64,000 nt of DNA from Anthoceros angustus (lineage: Eukaryota; Plantae; Anthocerotophyta). Location: the NCBI GenBank assembly GCA_010909165.1, contig MU008212.1, positions 124,001 to 188,000 of the forward strand, given 5' to 3'. The position numbers and the translations under genes are program-made. Positions 11,434-24,869 of the stretch are shown here, piece by piece. Position 1 is the first letter of the stretch; the number at the start of each line of letters is the position of its first letter. Under the pieces are notes generated by a model. The model was not told where the DNA came from. It saw only the letters and a program-made list of their open reading frames with translations, and did no database searches.

Positions 11434-11709
11434 CCCTGCTCCCAAGTTAGCTGTCCACAAGGCTGCTGCAATTCCGCAACCAGCAGTCGTCTCCTGATTT
11501 TGGCATCCGTTCCAGCAGCAACCAACAACAATGCTTGGATAACGGCGTAAATTCCTCAAAGTGAAACGATATCATCCAGCTGCCTGCCACTTCATTTATA
11601 CCAGTCCCGACGCTCCGTTCCACAGAAAGATAGCCTCGTCTTCCATGGAAGGAGCGGTTGCTGGTTGAAGCGCAAATCCTGGTCCACCTCGCCAGACAGC
11701 TGGTTTGCA

Positions 11710-13288
11710 ATGGCACGCTGTCTGTGCCAGCAGTTTGCCCACCTGCCCCTGTGTGTACCTTCTGTCAGCAGGCTACAATACAGCGAGTTCGGGCACCCAC
11801 CTGCTCTGCAACATCGGGAGAGGAGGATAGAATGTGGGCAGCGATGGGCGAGCGTTGGGGGGCGCCATAATGGCGCGGTGGAGCTGGCCCTCCAGTCCCA
11901 AGGTTACATTATCTCCTCTGTCCTCCTTTGCGAACATCCAAGTGCTACCCGCTGATGTCCTTCTTTCCTGATGCTGTTCCCGTGACAGGTTATCCGGACA
12001 CTAGAATTGAGCTGACGGGATGCAGCCAGAAACCTTCAGAGTGCCAGAGAACTCCAGAGTAAGGATGTCGGGGTGATGGGGGAGCACCGTCCTTATTAGC
12101 AGCAGGAGGATGGGTCCAGTAACTTTGGTGAGGCCAACTTCCTGAAAGAAGAAACATCTAGTGGGCTTGATTCACAGGTCTTTTCCAGATTCCTTCTCTG
12201 TCCAAAGAAGACAGGCTGTGGCTTCAGCCTTACTGCTCTTGGCTCTACCCACAGTATCTCTGCCTGCTTTTGCGGAGCAAACAAGCAGTTATGCAACAGG
12301 AGATGGTTTGAAACTCTATGAGGACGAAAAAGACAAGTACTCCCTTCTCGTGCCCCAAGGTACACTTCTGCTGCAGTCTCTTTCCTGGCCTGGGGTAATG
12401 AATATGGATTGATGGTACCACAATCTCTGTGTTCTCGCAGACTGGACGAAGGGCGAAGGAAAGGCTGGTGTGAGGAACGTAACTGCCTTCTTTCCAGTGG
12501 ACGATCCATCTGCTAACGGTATCTGCTAAACACTTCACAGGTGCAACTTCCAGCTGATGCATTCACAGTTGAGGTCTGTCTGACACTCTTCGGTCCGGAA
12601 TGGCAGTGAACGTGGTTATCACAGCCCTTGGTGCAGACTACACCAAGCTGGGCTCTTTTGGAACTGCTGACACCTTCGCGGAGAACCTGGTGACATGATC
12701 TAAATCTGAAAGCATGCATGCGAGGAGGAGAGGAAAGGCTGGATGTTAAAATTCTTGTCATTTTCTTAGGTGAACAGTCTGGACAGGAGTTGGACAAAGC
12801 CACCCGGACAAGCAGCCAAGCTAATAAATGCGGCCGCAAAGAATGGTTAGTCATATGTGGATAACAAGACCGCTGGGTAGGCACTCTCTCCTCTTAACCT
12901 GAGCGAATCAAGTTGGTGAATGTAGGAATGTATTATGTGGAGTACACATTCCAAAAGCCCGGTGAACGCAAACGTCATCTGCTCTCTGCAGTAGGAATTG
13001 GCTTCAACGGGTGGTACAATCGTCTGTTCACGTTGACGGGCCAGGTGAGTAAGACCGTCTTGCACCTGCCCATCTCTCTTCACCCATTCCGTCTCTCATG
13101 CCTTGATGAACTGTCTTGCAGTTCTGGGAAGATGACTCTGCAAAATACAAGTCTCAAGTCGAGAAGGTAAAAGACTGTCAACATACTTGCTCACGCTTGA
13201 CTACCGTCTTGTCATGCACAAGCCGTGCATTGTTCTCAACCGTGCAAACCATTTTCTGCAGGCCATTGCTTCATTCAAGATTGCATAA
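11710..13288 (+). CDS. PPD3: PsbP domain-containing protein 3, thylakoid lumen, about 9 exons
   Basis: Spliced product has a twin-arginine signal (VQRRQAVASALLLLALPTVSLPAFA) followed by ...LGADYTKLGSFG...SLDRSWTKPPGQAAKLI...YYVEYTFQKPGERKRHL...NGWYNRLFTLTGQF...SFKIA*, matching PPD3. Confidence 0.88.
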
Positions 13289-13664
13289 GTCCGCACGCAG
13301 TCTTCCAAATCACCTCACACCCACGTGTGAGGTCGGACATTCTCTTGATAGTCTACATTCTACAAAACCACCTTAAATATGGTTGGACTGCAATGCTTTC
13401 TCCTCCATTACGGGTACCTGCCACCCACTGGGTCTAAGTAAACTCTTGATGAAATGGACATGGCCGCCTCTCTTGACTCTACGCATTATCCACTCTGTCG
13501 GATCATTAGCATAAGGGCCTGTGGTGAACACGTGGACGGCTCGCCAGCCTGAGGCGATAGTTGGCACTTTCGAGACTCATCGACTCATCAGGACACACGC
13601 CTACTATGCCCTTCAGTGGCTCATAAATAAAGGAGGAGCCGCAACATCTAGTAGCGAGCTGGAA

Positions 13665-15010
13665 ATGGCGACCTCATCGGCTCTGTCATCTCGAGGAGCA
13701 ATGTTGTCGCCCAATTCCAGCCTTCCGCGTCACTGCCATAGTGCCCACCTTTTCCCAGGAAGTGGAAAATGTTCTGTTCGCTTCAACCGCATTCCAATCT
13801 ACTGTGAGTGACTTGGCTTCCTCTTGTGTTTACAGTGAGCGTAAAATTTTGCACCACGGACTTACATCTCTACATCGCCATGCCTCAGCTGCTGTGCACC
13901 CTTCAGAATGTGCATCTCTCGAAGTTGCACTTGAGGCCCGGGTAGCTGGTTCCTTGGCAGACTTGCCAACAGAGAAGTCGACGACACGGGATGAACAGCC
14001 TGCAGAGGGCCTCCTTCCTGAAGCAGAAAAGTCATCCGGCTACTCGTTGTTGCGCCTTCAAACTTCGCCATTGTCCGTCCTAACTCTGGCCGCGCTTGTC
14101 CCTGGTGGTATCCTTGAGTGAGTAAATGCGCCTTTGTGGTTTAAACTCTACAATGCTGCTGGTATGGGGATCGATCTGTCTTTCCCGGAGTGTTCCTCCT
14201 TAACTTTGGTGCTCTCACAGCTGAGCAAGTCACTGCCATTTTTGAACCTTATGGCGAGTTGGTTAGGGGGCTCGACCTTCCGGATTGGCTTGTGCACTGG
14301 GGCCACCCTGGCAACATGGTAGCTGTTTGGAATTTCCCAATTCGCAGTTCTGTGCAATTGCTGCCAGAAAATGAGCGCTAACTCCTGCCGTTCTTCAGGC
14401 GGTGGTTCTGTTTGCAATGGGGGGCTATGGATCGTGGTTAGGATGGCAGATCCGGTTGAGTGATGATGTGGTAAGCACTCTTCCTATAGTTTCGAGAAAG
14501 TGCTAGTCCTATGAAGCCTTTTGTGACAAGACATTTCTGATCGCCAGGCAGTGAAGGCCAAGGCAAAGGACCTGCATCCCAAGCTTCTGGCAGGCCTATT
14601 CTTCTTCTTCGCTGCTGGTGCTCTTGGTGGAATCACCTCGCTTGTCACCTCAGGGAAGCCCATTTTTGAGAGGTAAGGCATTTTCGACTATGCAGAATTT
14701 TGGGCTTCGTTGCTTCAAGCTTCCTTAACTTCGTTCCTCGGTCAGTCCACACGCTGTGACAGGGGTTACTGGTTTAGCTCTACTTGCGGTTCAGACGACT
14801 TTGCCGGCATTTTTCGAGGTAGGTCGTGGTAATTCTACACATCTTGCTCTCAAGTTAGTGCACTTACAACAAATTTGATGCTTTGTCTGCCGCTGATGCG
14901 TGCAGAAAAATCCTGACCTCCGAGGACTACACGCTTGGTTTGGGAGCGGCATAATGGCCCTGTTCCTTGTCCACTTCGCACTCGGCCTGCAACTTGGTCT
15001 GAGCTATTGA
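13665..15010 (+). CDS. DUF4079-family membrane protein, probably plastid-targeted, multi-exon
   Basis: Exons give LPDWLVHWGHPGNM|AVVLFAMGGYGSWLGWQIR...LHPKLLAGLFFFFAAGALGG...FESPHAVTG...LHAWFGSGIMALFLVHFALGLQLGLSY*. The N-terminus is Ser-rich and transit-peptide-like. Confidence 0.8.
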
Positions 15011-15229
15011 CTTTGACTGCTTGAACAAAATTCGACACGCAGGAAACATCGACCCACATTTTGTTCAAAGTTGGCTGCTATCTATGTGCATATGTACAAG
15101 GCTCCTCAAAGGCCCTTCTGTCACAAGCATGGAATTGTACAATCAACTAGGTATTGTAAGTCGACGAACAAAGTGTTACAATATATATACAAGCGGCCCG
15201 AACATTCCGGGAATTCTGGAGTTTTGTCT

Positions 15230-17574
15230 TCAGAACTTCACAGCCTTCTTAATGGCATCCACAATCTGCAACACAAGGCAGAATTATGACTGGTTTCTCT
15301 CTGGAACAGGGTACTCAGATCATTTCCAAAACTTCCACTCATTCAGAATATACCTTGTTCTTTGTTGGCATGTAGAACGGCTCGAAGATCAGGGGAAATG
15401 GAGTATCTAGTCCACAGACTCTTGCTATGGGAGCTTCTAGCTGTATACGTGGTAGTGGAGGATGTTAGACAGGTTACAGACTTTTGAAAAGCAGTGCATG
15501 TCTCAAGACTGCTGCCCTTACTCTTAGAAAACAGCGCTCAGCAATTGACGCCGCAAGCTCCCCACCAAACCCACCAGTTACTGGAGCCTCGTGGCTAACC
15601 TGGAAACCCCAAAAGGCAACATATTTGTAGCTCGTAAGATGTACAAGGTCTGTGAGTTTGTTAGGTACAAAACGTATTTTTAAGACTTACCAAAAGTCTG
15701 CCCGTCTTATTGACAGACGCTTCTACTGTCTCTTTATCCCAGGGAATCAACGTTTTCAAGTCAATTAGCTCGCATGATACACCCTCCTGAAAACAGTGAG
15801 CAAATAGTTTTTCATCGTAGCATAGCTGCTCAAATATATTGAAGTTGTTAGAACTCTGGTGTGCTCCATCTCAGGGTGTCAAGTATGAGAGCAGCACACG
15901 TACCTTGCTAGCATCGTTACAGGCTTCCTGCATCACTGCCAGTTGCGCACCCCAACCCACTAGGGTGATATCACGACCTTCCCGCATTACCTACAGCAGA
16001 GTCCATAAGCTTCACAGTGAATCCATTGCATACTTCAGCCAGGGCAAGGCAAGCATAACCGGCGTCCCCTTTAAATTCTTTGGACCTTACCTCGGCCCGG
16101 GACAGGGGTACTGTGTAGTCGTCCTGAGGGACTTCTTCTGAAGACAGTCTATACAACCACTGCAGAAACAAGATCGAGGTTCAAACGAATGACTGATTCC
16201 AGCTTCCAAGCTAAAACAGGAAGTACAAACAAATGCCGCTGGACAGTGCAAGGAAGTCGGGATTCCAAATATCTAGAAGCCAAATTCTGCACACCTTGGG
16301 CTCAAAGAAGACAACGGGGTTTGGATCTCGAATCGAAGCGAGAAGTAAACCTTTAGCTTCCTTGGGGCTCCTTGGTATAACAACCTGCACAGCAAAGCCT
16401 TTCTTAAAGTGAACCTATGAGCACCCCTCTAACCCCAGAAAGAATCCCAGCCCTTTGAAAGTTGACCTTAATGCCTGGAATATGGCAGAAAAAGGCTTCT
16501 GGTGACTGTGAGTGATAGTGTCCACCATGGCCTACTGCTCCATATGGTGCCCTTACTGTCAGCCCTGGGAAGGAACAGTTTCGGCTCAAAGCCTCAGCAA
16601 AGAAAAAGGAACCAACAAGTGAAAGAAGTTACTCTTCTTGACATAGACACCATGAGTTTAGAAAACCAAGGTGGGATCTCTGACCTCCGCATTTAAATAA
16701 GTTTCCACTCCTATAGCGGAACTTGGATGCTTCGTTCACAATCTGCACGCCAGTCATCAGGACCAATAGTTGACAGTAAACCAGATTCTTCCTTCATGGG
16801 CTTCTTCAGAACAATGTCGGAAACAACACAAGAGCTTCCATGCAAAGTCAAGGAATTTAACCTGATCAAAGGCAGGGTATATGTAATCCGCAAACTGAAT
16901 TTCCGCGATGGCTGTGTTCCCCTGAAAAGAGCCAAACACACGTTATCATTGACAGTTACTCAAGGTTCATGCCAATGCTGTTATCCAGTGGTATCTGAAG
17001 ACAAGGTGGTACCATTGACGCAAGGCCAATCCCGAATCCGACGATTCCCTGTACACAATTGCAGCATAACGTCAGCCCAGAGACGACAAGTGCAGCGTGA
17101 TGTTACTGACACAGGGATTCTGCCTTCCAACCTGCTCACAGAGAGGAGTATTGAAGACCCGATGCTTCCCAAAATCGTCAGCTAAGCCACTGGTGCACCG
17201 AAACACTCCTCCGAAACTGACATCCTCGCCAAAAATATAGGACCTACACGCCCGGTGACACGGGAATTCTGGTCATTGAAGACACGGTCGACAGTCACAA
17301 GACCGCATTCAACTCAATTCACTGAAGCCAGCCTTCCTCCAGCGCAAGCTGACCTGGGGTCGGTTTCTAGCGCGATTCGCAGCGCCTGATTCACAGCTGA
17401 AAACAAGTTCATCTTCTTCAGCTCCGGCTGTGCAGCCTCTTGCTGCCCACCTGCCGTCACTCCCGAGCTGAAACCCATAGCCTGCGCATTTCTGGCAGCA
17501 AGGCTCTGCCATGCCTTCCATGATCTCAAGCTGTTGCGGGAGGACCTGGACACCGCCCGAACCGGCCCGCCCAT
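15230..17574 (-). CDS. BCKDHB: Branched-chain 2-oxoacid dehydrogenase E1 beta subunit, mitochondrial, about 13 exons
   Basis: Exons encode [113 protein letters not shown] and [11 protein letters not shown]. Confidence 0.95.
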
Positions 17575-20500
17575 TGCAGCTTTCCTTGGTCGCAACCACC
17601 ACCACAACTGTTTACCGTAGATTGGCCTGATCTTCAAATTGGGGAATCCTCCTGCGAGCCTCGCCTGCTCCACGACTCACAAATCCACCATCACGACTTC
17701 AGCTACGCGTATCTGCGTGAATCGGATTGGTCGCAGACGTGGCGTACGCCAATTTGAACTACACTCACTCATCATGTTCACTTCACAGTAGGTACTTCAA
17801 CATATATGGGGTGCGTATTGATATACTGGAATTAGGTATATAGGACATATATAGGTACATAGGTACATAGGACATATATAGTCATATGATTATTATTTTC
17901 TAACTCCAAGAATATGAATAATATAACTGAAATAGATAAATATAGCTCACATAAGGCATATTATTTTGTTCTCATCAGCACCTTATAGATCTATCGTAGC
18001 TTAAATATGGCGGACCTTTCCTTGTAGGTACCTATTCTTCTTGTTACCACACAATTTTTTTGCTTCCATACATTTTTCTTCTAGCGTACATTTTTCTCAC
18101 TGCCATACTTTTCTTTTCACACCACATAGAGCGGAAAAATTTCTATCGTGCGCAAATGAAGACATTGGTACTGGACATGTCTTGTCGTTTCAAATGGCTT
18201 ACAGCAGAAAACTTTCCGCAAAGCCCAAACGAGGTCATCGGTATTGTGGATGTATATGTACGGGCTCGTCCCGATGTCGTTAGTGAACTTTTTCTTTCTA
18301 CGGGCCCTGTAGGACATTGAGGTCACTAAACTTTCTTTTTGCAGGCCCTCTAGGACCTCAAGGTCACTAAATATTTTCTTTTTGTAGGCCTTTTAGGACG
18401 TCGAGGTCCTAGGCGACTCATAAACCCACCTCCAAGGGAATATACGAGTTTAAAACTCTCAAAGAGATTTAGCAAATTACTCTCAAATTGAAAAATTGAA
18501 AAAACTCTCAAAGAGATTCTAAAAATTAAAAATGTCTTGAAACTTAAATTAAAGATATGTACCGAGGTATGTGCACCTGTGTTAGGCAGAATTGGCATCC
18601 TATTCAAGCCTGGTTGCGGTTGCCACGTCATCAATCCGTTGTTGTAAATGAGCACCTAAAAGAGTGCCACGTTTCGTAAACCACGTCTTAAAACTTGCTA
18701 CATCAGCAAAACTTAAACCAATTTACAATGGGGGTTTTAGACGTTGTAAAGATTGAGACATTTACAAAAGGGGCTTTTAAAACCCCCCCGCTCCCCTGCT
18801 CTCCTTTTCCCCCTTCCCTCCTCCTCCTCCCCGCCTAGTAGTGGGGACGGGGGCGGGGACGGAGGCAAGGGGGAAAGGAAGGGGGGCATGTGGCTCGAAA
18901 GGATACTCTTAATTGCTTTGTTTGAGAACAGGTGTTGTTTGTAGGGCCTCGAGGCCTTGCGTCACACAAGCCCGTTACTTTAAGACAGGTCAGTGGTGGT
19001 CCGCAAGGCGTCTTTGTGGGGGTGTGGTCAGGCCATTGACCGTGGATCCGTTAACTTTGTGGGTTCTCCGTTTGTTTTGGGATGGGGAGGACTTGTGGTA
19101 TAAGTACGAATAGATCTGGTGATCCATATGTTTTGCGGGTTGTGTTTTGGTGGCGGTTTTTAGGCTCTGACAAAAGGCAATTGTCTGCCTTGTGGTCCTC
19201 TTAGGACATGGTGAATTAGTGTTTTGGATAGGGATTAATTAATTTTGAATTAGTGTTTTTTAGCTAGTCTTTTCTATGTTCTAGCATTCTATATCTTTGC
19301 ACTGGGTTCCCAGTGCGGGATGTTAACAGCCTTTGTGGACATCCTCATTGGCCTGTACTGTTTATAGAAAAGAGTTTTGATCAAGAGCGGCTTCCGCGGC
19401 CAGCCATGTTTGGAACACGGGTCTACGCCTTGGCCACACGTTGGTTGGCTATCAATTGTCGCTAAGGGACAAATCTCACATGAAGTGCTCATCATAGAGT
19501 ACCAAACACAAATGGCATACTCTATCTATCATAGAGTGCCAAACTTAATTTTCACTCCCTACAGTGGATCGTCCTCACCATATCTCCCTTCACCTTTGAT
19601 TGTAGCTTTGGCCTTCCTAAATGTGTTCTACATCTAGTTCTTCAAAAATAGTTGGTAATGTTGTGCTATCATGGCTTATAGAGCCCAACCACTACCAATA
19701 TTCCATCTTGTATCAATTGATTTTGCATAAAAATCTTCCACTATGAGATTACAAAACATTTTTGAGAAATGTTTGATTCGAGTCTTTACTTATGATGACC
19801 GAGTAGCCCCTCAAAAGGAACACTACATGCTAACCACATCAAAAGTTATCAAAGAAGTCAAAACATTAGGCATTCAACTAGTCAAGAAATTTCATGTCGC
19901 GGAACGCAAAAATTTCTTTTGTGGTGCCCACTTTACCATATTTCAGAGCATACGGCCTAACCCTTCTATGCTTGTTTGCAGGTTTTGTATATGCTTCCAC
20001 TGGCAATTGCAGTTGCAGGCACAGTCATGTACATGCTTCCACGGGCAACTGCAGATGCAGGCACGATCAGCGTGGAGAGGCATCCCATTGTACAAATCTC
20101 CCCAGCCCTATGATGGCCTCTTTGGTCATCGCAAGATTGGCGCCCGGAGCTCTTATACTGAGGAATGTCTCTCCGCGCTGGGGGCTGGGGGAGTAGGTTG
20201 TCCCTCCACCATGCTGCCTGATGCACCATGGCGCGGGTAACTGCTACGCACCTCTAGTGTTGCACCTCTAGTACCGGCCCATGTGTCCGTGGCCAATTGA
20301 GAGTCTAGTGCATGGCGATGGCCTCCTCCACTGTCACCGTGCTTGCGCGGCCCCCTGCCTCCCCTGGCTCTACCGTTGCCGTTACTTTATTTTTCTACTC
20401 CTCTTGCGATCCCCTTCTTCCAGAGGCTGCAGCCTAGCCTTCAGATTTACCAACTCTCTAGCAATCTGGGCGTCTCCTTTGGTCTGCAGTTTGTGCACCT

Positions 20501-20915
20501 TATGTATGCCTTTTAACCCCTCAATGACCAAAAATCTCAAATTGGGACTTCAAAACGCGGCTCCCTCCGGGGTTAATTTGCTGCCGCCACTCCACGTCCA
20601 TGTAGCCTACACGAACACACTATTTTTGTCGTAGATGGCTTGTTGTAGATCAAGGCTGGTTGAGGCCTCTTTGAGTTGACGTCGCAACCTCTCCCACCTC
20701 CTCTTGCAACCCCTCAATAATCATATAAATTATCGTATAGATCTCTTATTCTCATGACCATACTAGGCTCCAAGCAGCGCACCATTTATAGATAACTTGC
20801 AAAATACCTCCGCAAGAGATTGTTCTTTATTCATGAAGTACACAACAAATTCTGACCATATATGTCCATCACAACAAAGTTTGGTCATCTAGGTCCCTCA
20901 CAATGGAGTTTGATC

Positions 20916-21046
20916 ATCCACGCACCTCGGACTACAACACAAAGCCCCATCCACGCACCTTTGACTACAACACAAAGACACATCCACGCCCTTTGACTAC
21001 AACACAAAGACTCATCCACACACCTCTAACTACAACACAAAGACTC
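20916..21046. repeat. Tandem repeat, ~32-bp unit (CATCCACGCACCTTTGACTACAACACAAAGA-like), about 4 copies
   Basis: Directly visible. Confidence 0.8.
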
Positions 21047-21182
21047 AAGGACAATCTTTAGGGTTTAGGGGGCCATGTCATGCGGGCATTGTTGCTCCCA
21101 ACAAGGCAAGTGTACCCTCACAAATTCTTGCATACCACTAATTTCTAAGAGCTAAGAGTCCTTAATATCGTACAAGCTAGCT

Positions 21183-21363
21183 CCAACTAGGCAACTACTA
21201 GGGCTAGGCCCCAACTAGGCAACTACTAGGGCTAGGCCCCAACTAGGCAACTACTAGGGCTAGGCCCCAACTAGGCAGCTACTAGGGCTAGGCCCCAACT
21301 AGGCAACTACTAGGGCTAGGCCCCAACTAGGCAACTACTAAGGCTAGGCCCCAACTAGGCAAC
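21183..21363. repeat. Minisatellite, 28-bp unit CCAACTAGGCAACTACTAGGGCTAGGCC, about 6.5 copies
   Basis: Units start at 21183, 21211, 21239, 21267, 21295, 21323 and 21351 and are near-identical. Confidence 0.92.
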
Positions 21364-22749
21364 CCGGGAATTCTTGCATACCACCACCTAATCTATGAGA
21401 GTTTGTCTCCAGACAACTCCCTTAAAAGTTTGCATGCGTTCACTCTCAATTTCTTTTACTTTTATTTTCATTTTTACATGGAAGACCGCAACTCTGATAC
21501 ACGGCGGGAGTATGGACACCGGGCTGCATTGGCATAGAGGCTCCCCAATAGCACATTTGAGCTTGCATGTTGAGAAGCTAGTTCTACTAGATGTTCAAAG
21601 CACCATTGCCCTGCACGTGGCCATAGCGTTTGCAAAACATTATCAATTCAGTCGAGAACGTCTAGCTGTGACTTGCTACTTATGTCATCGCACCTCTCAT
21701 CGCCTTCCACTGCCCCCCTGACCTGCTCATTTGATTGCCAGGCCCTTGGCAGGGTTGTGCTATGCAGGCCGTGCGGTGCCTTCCTGTAAATTTTGTTGGC
21801 GGTCTGTCACTCCTTTGATATACAGAGCAGTTCCTAGTCGGTAAGGAGGTTCTTTTTTACCAATCAGATGGCATTTTTGCAGGAATGAATGTTGCGGTAG
21901 CAGAAAAGACAGATTGGGTGCCTGACTGTGTGAAGGTGAAACACCTCTAAGTTTTTCTTCTGTTATGTCTCTCCAGTGTGTGGTCGTTTCATTCTCTGAA
22001 CTTCAATCCAACTGTCAAGTGCAGGAAAACAGGTTCAGCACAATTGGTTGGAAAATGCACGAGACTGGTCTGTTAGTCGCAGCCGCTTTCGGGGAGCCCC
22101 ATTGCCCATCTGGCTGAGTCATGACGGTCAGGAGATGGTGGCTGTAGGCTCTGTCCAGGAACTGGAGGAGTTGTCGGGCTTCAAAGTTTTATCCATACGT
22201 TTCTCTTTTCGAGCTGTTTGAAGGCTAATATTAGCTATGTGCTTCATGGCTTACAGCAATCGTCCTGCTTTGATGTCTCAGGCAACAGATCTTCACCGCC
22301 AAAAAATGTTCACGGATGTCACAGGGACTGGTTTGGACCGGATTCTTTGAAAGGTTGCTGATATATCTGCTGATCCTTCGTTTGCGCATTTGTTGTTCCA
22401 AATATCCTTTATGCGCTTCTATGTTCACTTGTTAGGGCAAACGCAAATTTATGCAAACCAGTTGTGGTGTTAGGCTGAGAACGCTCTGAAGCGGGCACGA
22501 GCTGGGCAAGTCTTAACCGTGAGTTTTCGATCTGCAGGCTAGCTTCCCTCCATACATGCATGAATTCATGTCTGGCTTCTTTACTGTCCTTCTATTGAAT
22601 TGATCAGACTGGATACCCTTTATGTTCTGCTGGACAGGTGGCCCACTATCCCGGCAAGTGCAGAATGTGAAAGTGGGGACACGATTTCAAAGTTGGAAAA
22701 GATGGACTGCCCAAAGTAGCAGTAAGTGCAACTCTGCTGTACGATCCTT

Positions 22750-23400
22750 AATGCCACTATTAATGGTACAAGCGACTCCAGACCGTGACAAACGGTCTCG
22801 GAATCTCTGGAAGAATTTTTTGGTTGATATTATCAGAGTCGACGCGCGCTTCGAACAGGCCTGGAGGGTTGGTGAGGATCACTCTCGTCCTCCAACTTTT
22901 ATTCCCCGTATTTTCCCTGTGGGGGACAGATTGAGTGTGTTGCGTGCTCGAACTTCCTTGAAAGGCGTGGATGTGTTTGTCAACCCTGACCTTACTCCTT
23001 TATGCAATGGGAGCAAAAGAAGGAGCAGTTGCTTGCCTGCGAGAAGGCAAAATGAGAGGGATTGATAGCATGTTTTATTGATGACCGATTGATTATCCGG
23101 GGTGCTGAGAGGGCTGAGCCTCTTCTGTAGGAAAGCGGGGCTTGTGTTGCTGTCCCAACCCTTGGGCTCAACAGGTCTTCCATGCAGTTAATTCTTATGG
23201 CGAAGCTGTTCTACACCTCGCAGAATCCCACAACTTACTCATCTTCAACGGACTTCTCCGCTGCCCCAGCAGTGACGAAATTCTTCTAGCAGGTTGGACT
23301 ACGTTATTGGTGATGCCCACCGAATTCCTGATTTGGTTACCAATGATACTTTCTGCACGGAGCCTGACCATGCTGCTGACTTGCTTTGAGCTCCGTGCCT
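22750..23400 (+). mobile_element. Degenerate LINE fragment (ORF1 C-terminus plus AP-endonuclease remnant)
   Basis: AWRVG...RPP...LRARTSLKGVDVFVNPDLTP resembles LINE ORF1. NSYGEAVLHLAESHNLLIFNG...SRLDYVI...PDH resembles the C-terminal APE motifs. The reading frame is broken by frameshifts. Confidence 0.6.
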
Positions 23401-23559
23401 TGCCTACTACCCCTCCTCCTGCCTTGCCTCTCGCTTTCTCCTTTCCCATGAACTTGCTCCTCAGTTCTCTCGCTTGCTCCAATCCGCTCTATCATGAGCG
23501 GGGGGACGGGAGAGGGCGGCGGCGTCGTTCACCTCCCCCATGTCTCCCCAACCCAGCGC

Positions 23560-24508
23560 ATCTCATGGTACAGTTGTATGGGTTCCCAGGTTGATGGGTC
23601 CCCATGTTTAGGCTCCAATGTTTAGCATGTGCAATCCCACGCGATAACGTCTGGTTTGCGTACCCTCGTGAACAAATCCATGGCCTCCTCCCGCCTACCG
23701 CCACATGCATACATGCGCAAGATATGGTTGCCCAAGCTCGACACTGAGAGATCATGAACCCGTCGCCCCACAACCAAATCCTTCTTTGCTGTACACAGTT
23801 TCAGCACAGGGCACAACAGAGACAGAAATAGCAGAGTCTGTCTGCGCCAGAGACTCCAGGGCTCCAACGGCCTCAGAAAGCTTCCCCTGCTGACATAACG
23901 TGCTCACGATCACACCCGTAACGACGCCCTTGCCGACCCCTCACGCCTGCCTGGTTCTGGATTATCCGGAGAGCTCGACTCGGAAGGAGAGGCACCATGA
24001 CCCATCTGCATATCCAAGGAAACGAGCTGCTCATCAGCCCAAGCTGGCTTTAACATGTTTAGACACGGCACCTGGCCGGACCCCTTCCGCCGGAAATGAG
24101 GCGGACGGGGCCTCTTCTTAGCTTGCTCCTCTCCTGGCGACGACCATCGTTGGGAAGGCCATCCCCACCCACACATTTTCTCGGAAGTGGATGTGCTGGG
24201 CTCCTTGCACTGCTGCACCTGGAGCCCATTTCCGATTCTGCACGCCTGCCAGGTTCAGGCTTCTCCGGAGAGGCACCATGACGCATCTGCGTATCCAAGG
24301 AAACGAGCTGCTCATCAACCCAAGGTTGGAAAGCCCAGGCCCACCCACACATTTTGTCGGAATGGGAAGTGCTGGGCTCCTTAAACTGCTGCACCTGAAG
24401 GCCTTTGTGAGGAAAACCAGTGTGGTGACAAGAACGGTACCCCGAAGTCAAGGTATGCATGGGCGTTTTTTGGATGCATACGAAGAGGAAAGGAGTTTTT
24501 GCTTCCAT
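23560..24508 (-). pseudogene. Truncated, frameshifted PPR paralogue oriented divergently from the intact PPR gene
   Basis: Minus strand reads VSTLCQQGKLSEAVGALE... and VLKLCTAKKDLVVGRRVH...LGNHILRMYACGGRREEAMDLF...PDVIAW, homologous to VSKLCGQEQLSEAVEAL...VLKKCVGKKDLILGRRVH...NHILRMYA of the + strand PPR. Confidence 0.75.
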
Positions 24509-24869
24509 CGTTGCTTACGTGAAGTCACAAGAATATGTCGTTCAGGGACTTTCAACCTGAACCAGATTTGGAGGTCTTCGGAAAGGAGGTTGTGGGCGAT
24601 GCCAAAGTGGGCGTTCAGCGGGTAAGCTGCGAGTCATGGCTGCCTGGAGGGCTGCACTTGATCCATGCACAGCGCGACAGGATCCCATTGGGGTGCAGTT
24701 TTATGCTAGCTCACGAATTGGAGGGGGAACAGAAGTTCTACGACGAGCTCCGGCTCCCGCTCAACAAGTTGTGAACATTGTCTCCGAGCCGTGCTGGGTG
24801 AATGCGCAGGTGGCTGATCTGGATAGGTGTGGTGCTTGTACATCTAACTTAGGATATCGAAGGGGAGAA

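Noticed and set aside
6258-17574. Amino-acid metabolism gene cluster (ACR, decarboxylase, BCKDH E1-beta)
   Set aside because: The pathways and compartments differ and unrelated genes are interspersed, so this is likely chance in a compact genome.
18660-18790. Mutator/MITE-like terminal inverted repeat (TTTACAA..GGGG..TTT motifs)
   Set aside because: No partner terminus or TSD was found by eye.
21183-21363. 28-bp repeats as a CRISPR array
   Set aside because: Units are contiguous with no spacers, the context is eukaryotic and there are no cas genes.
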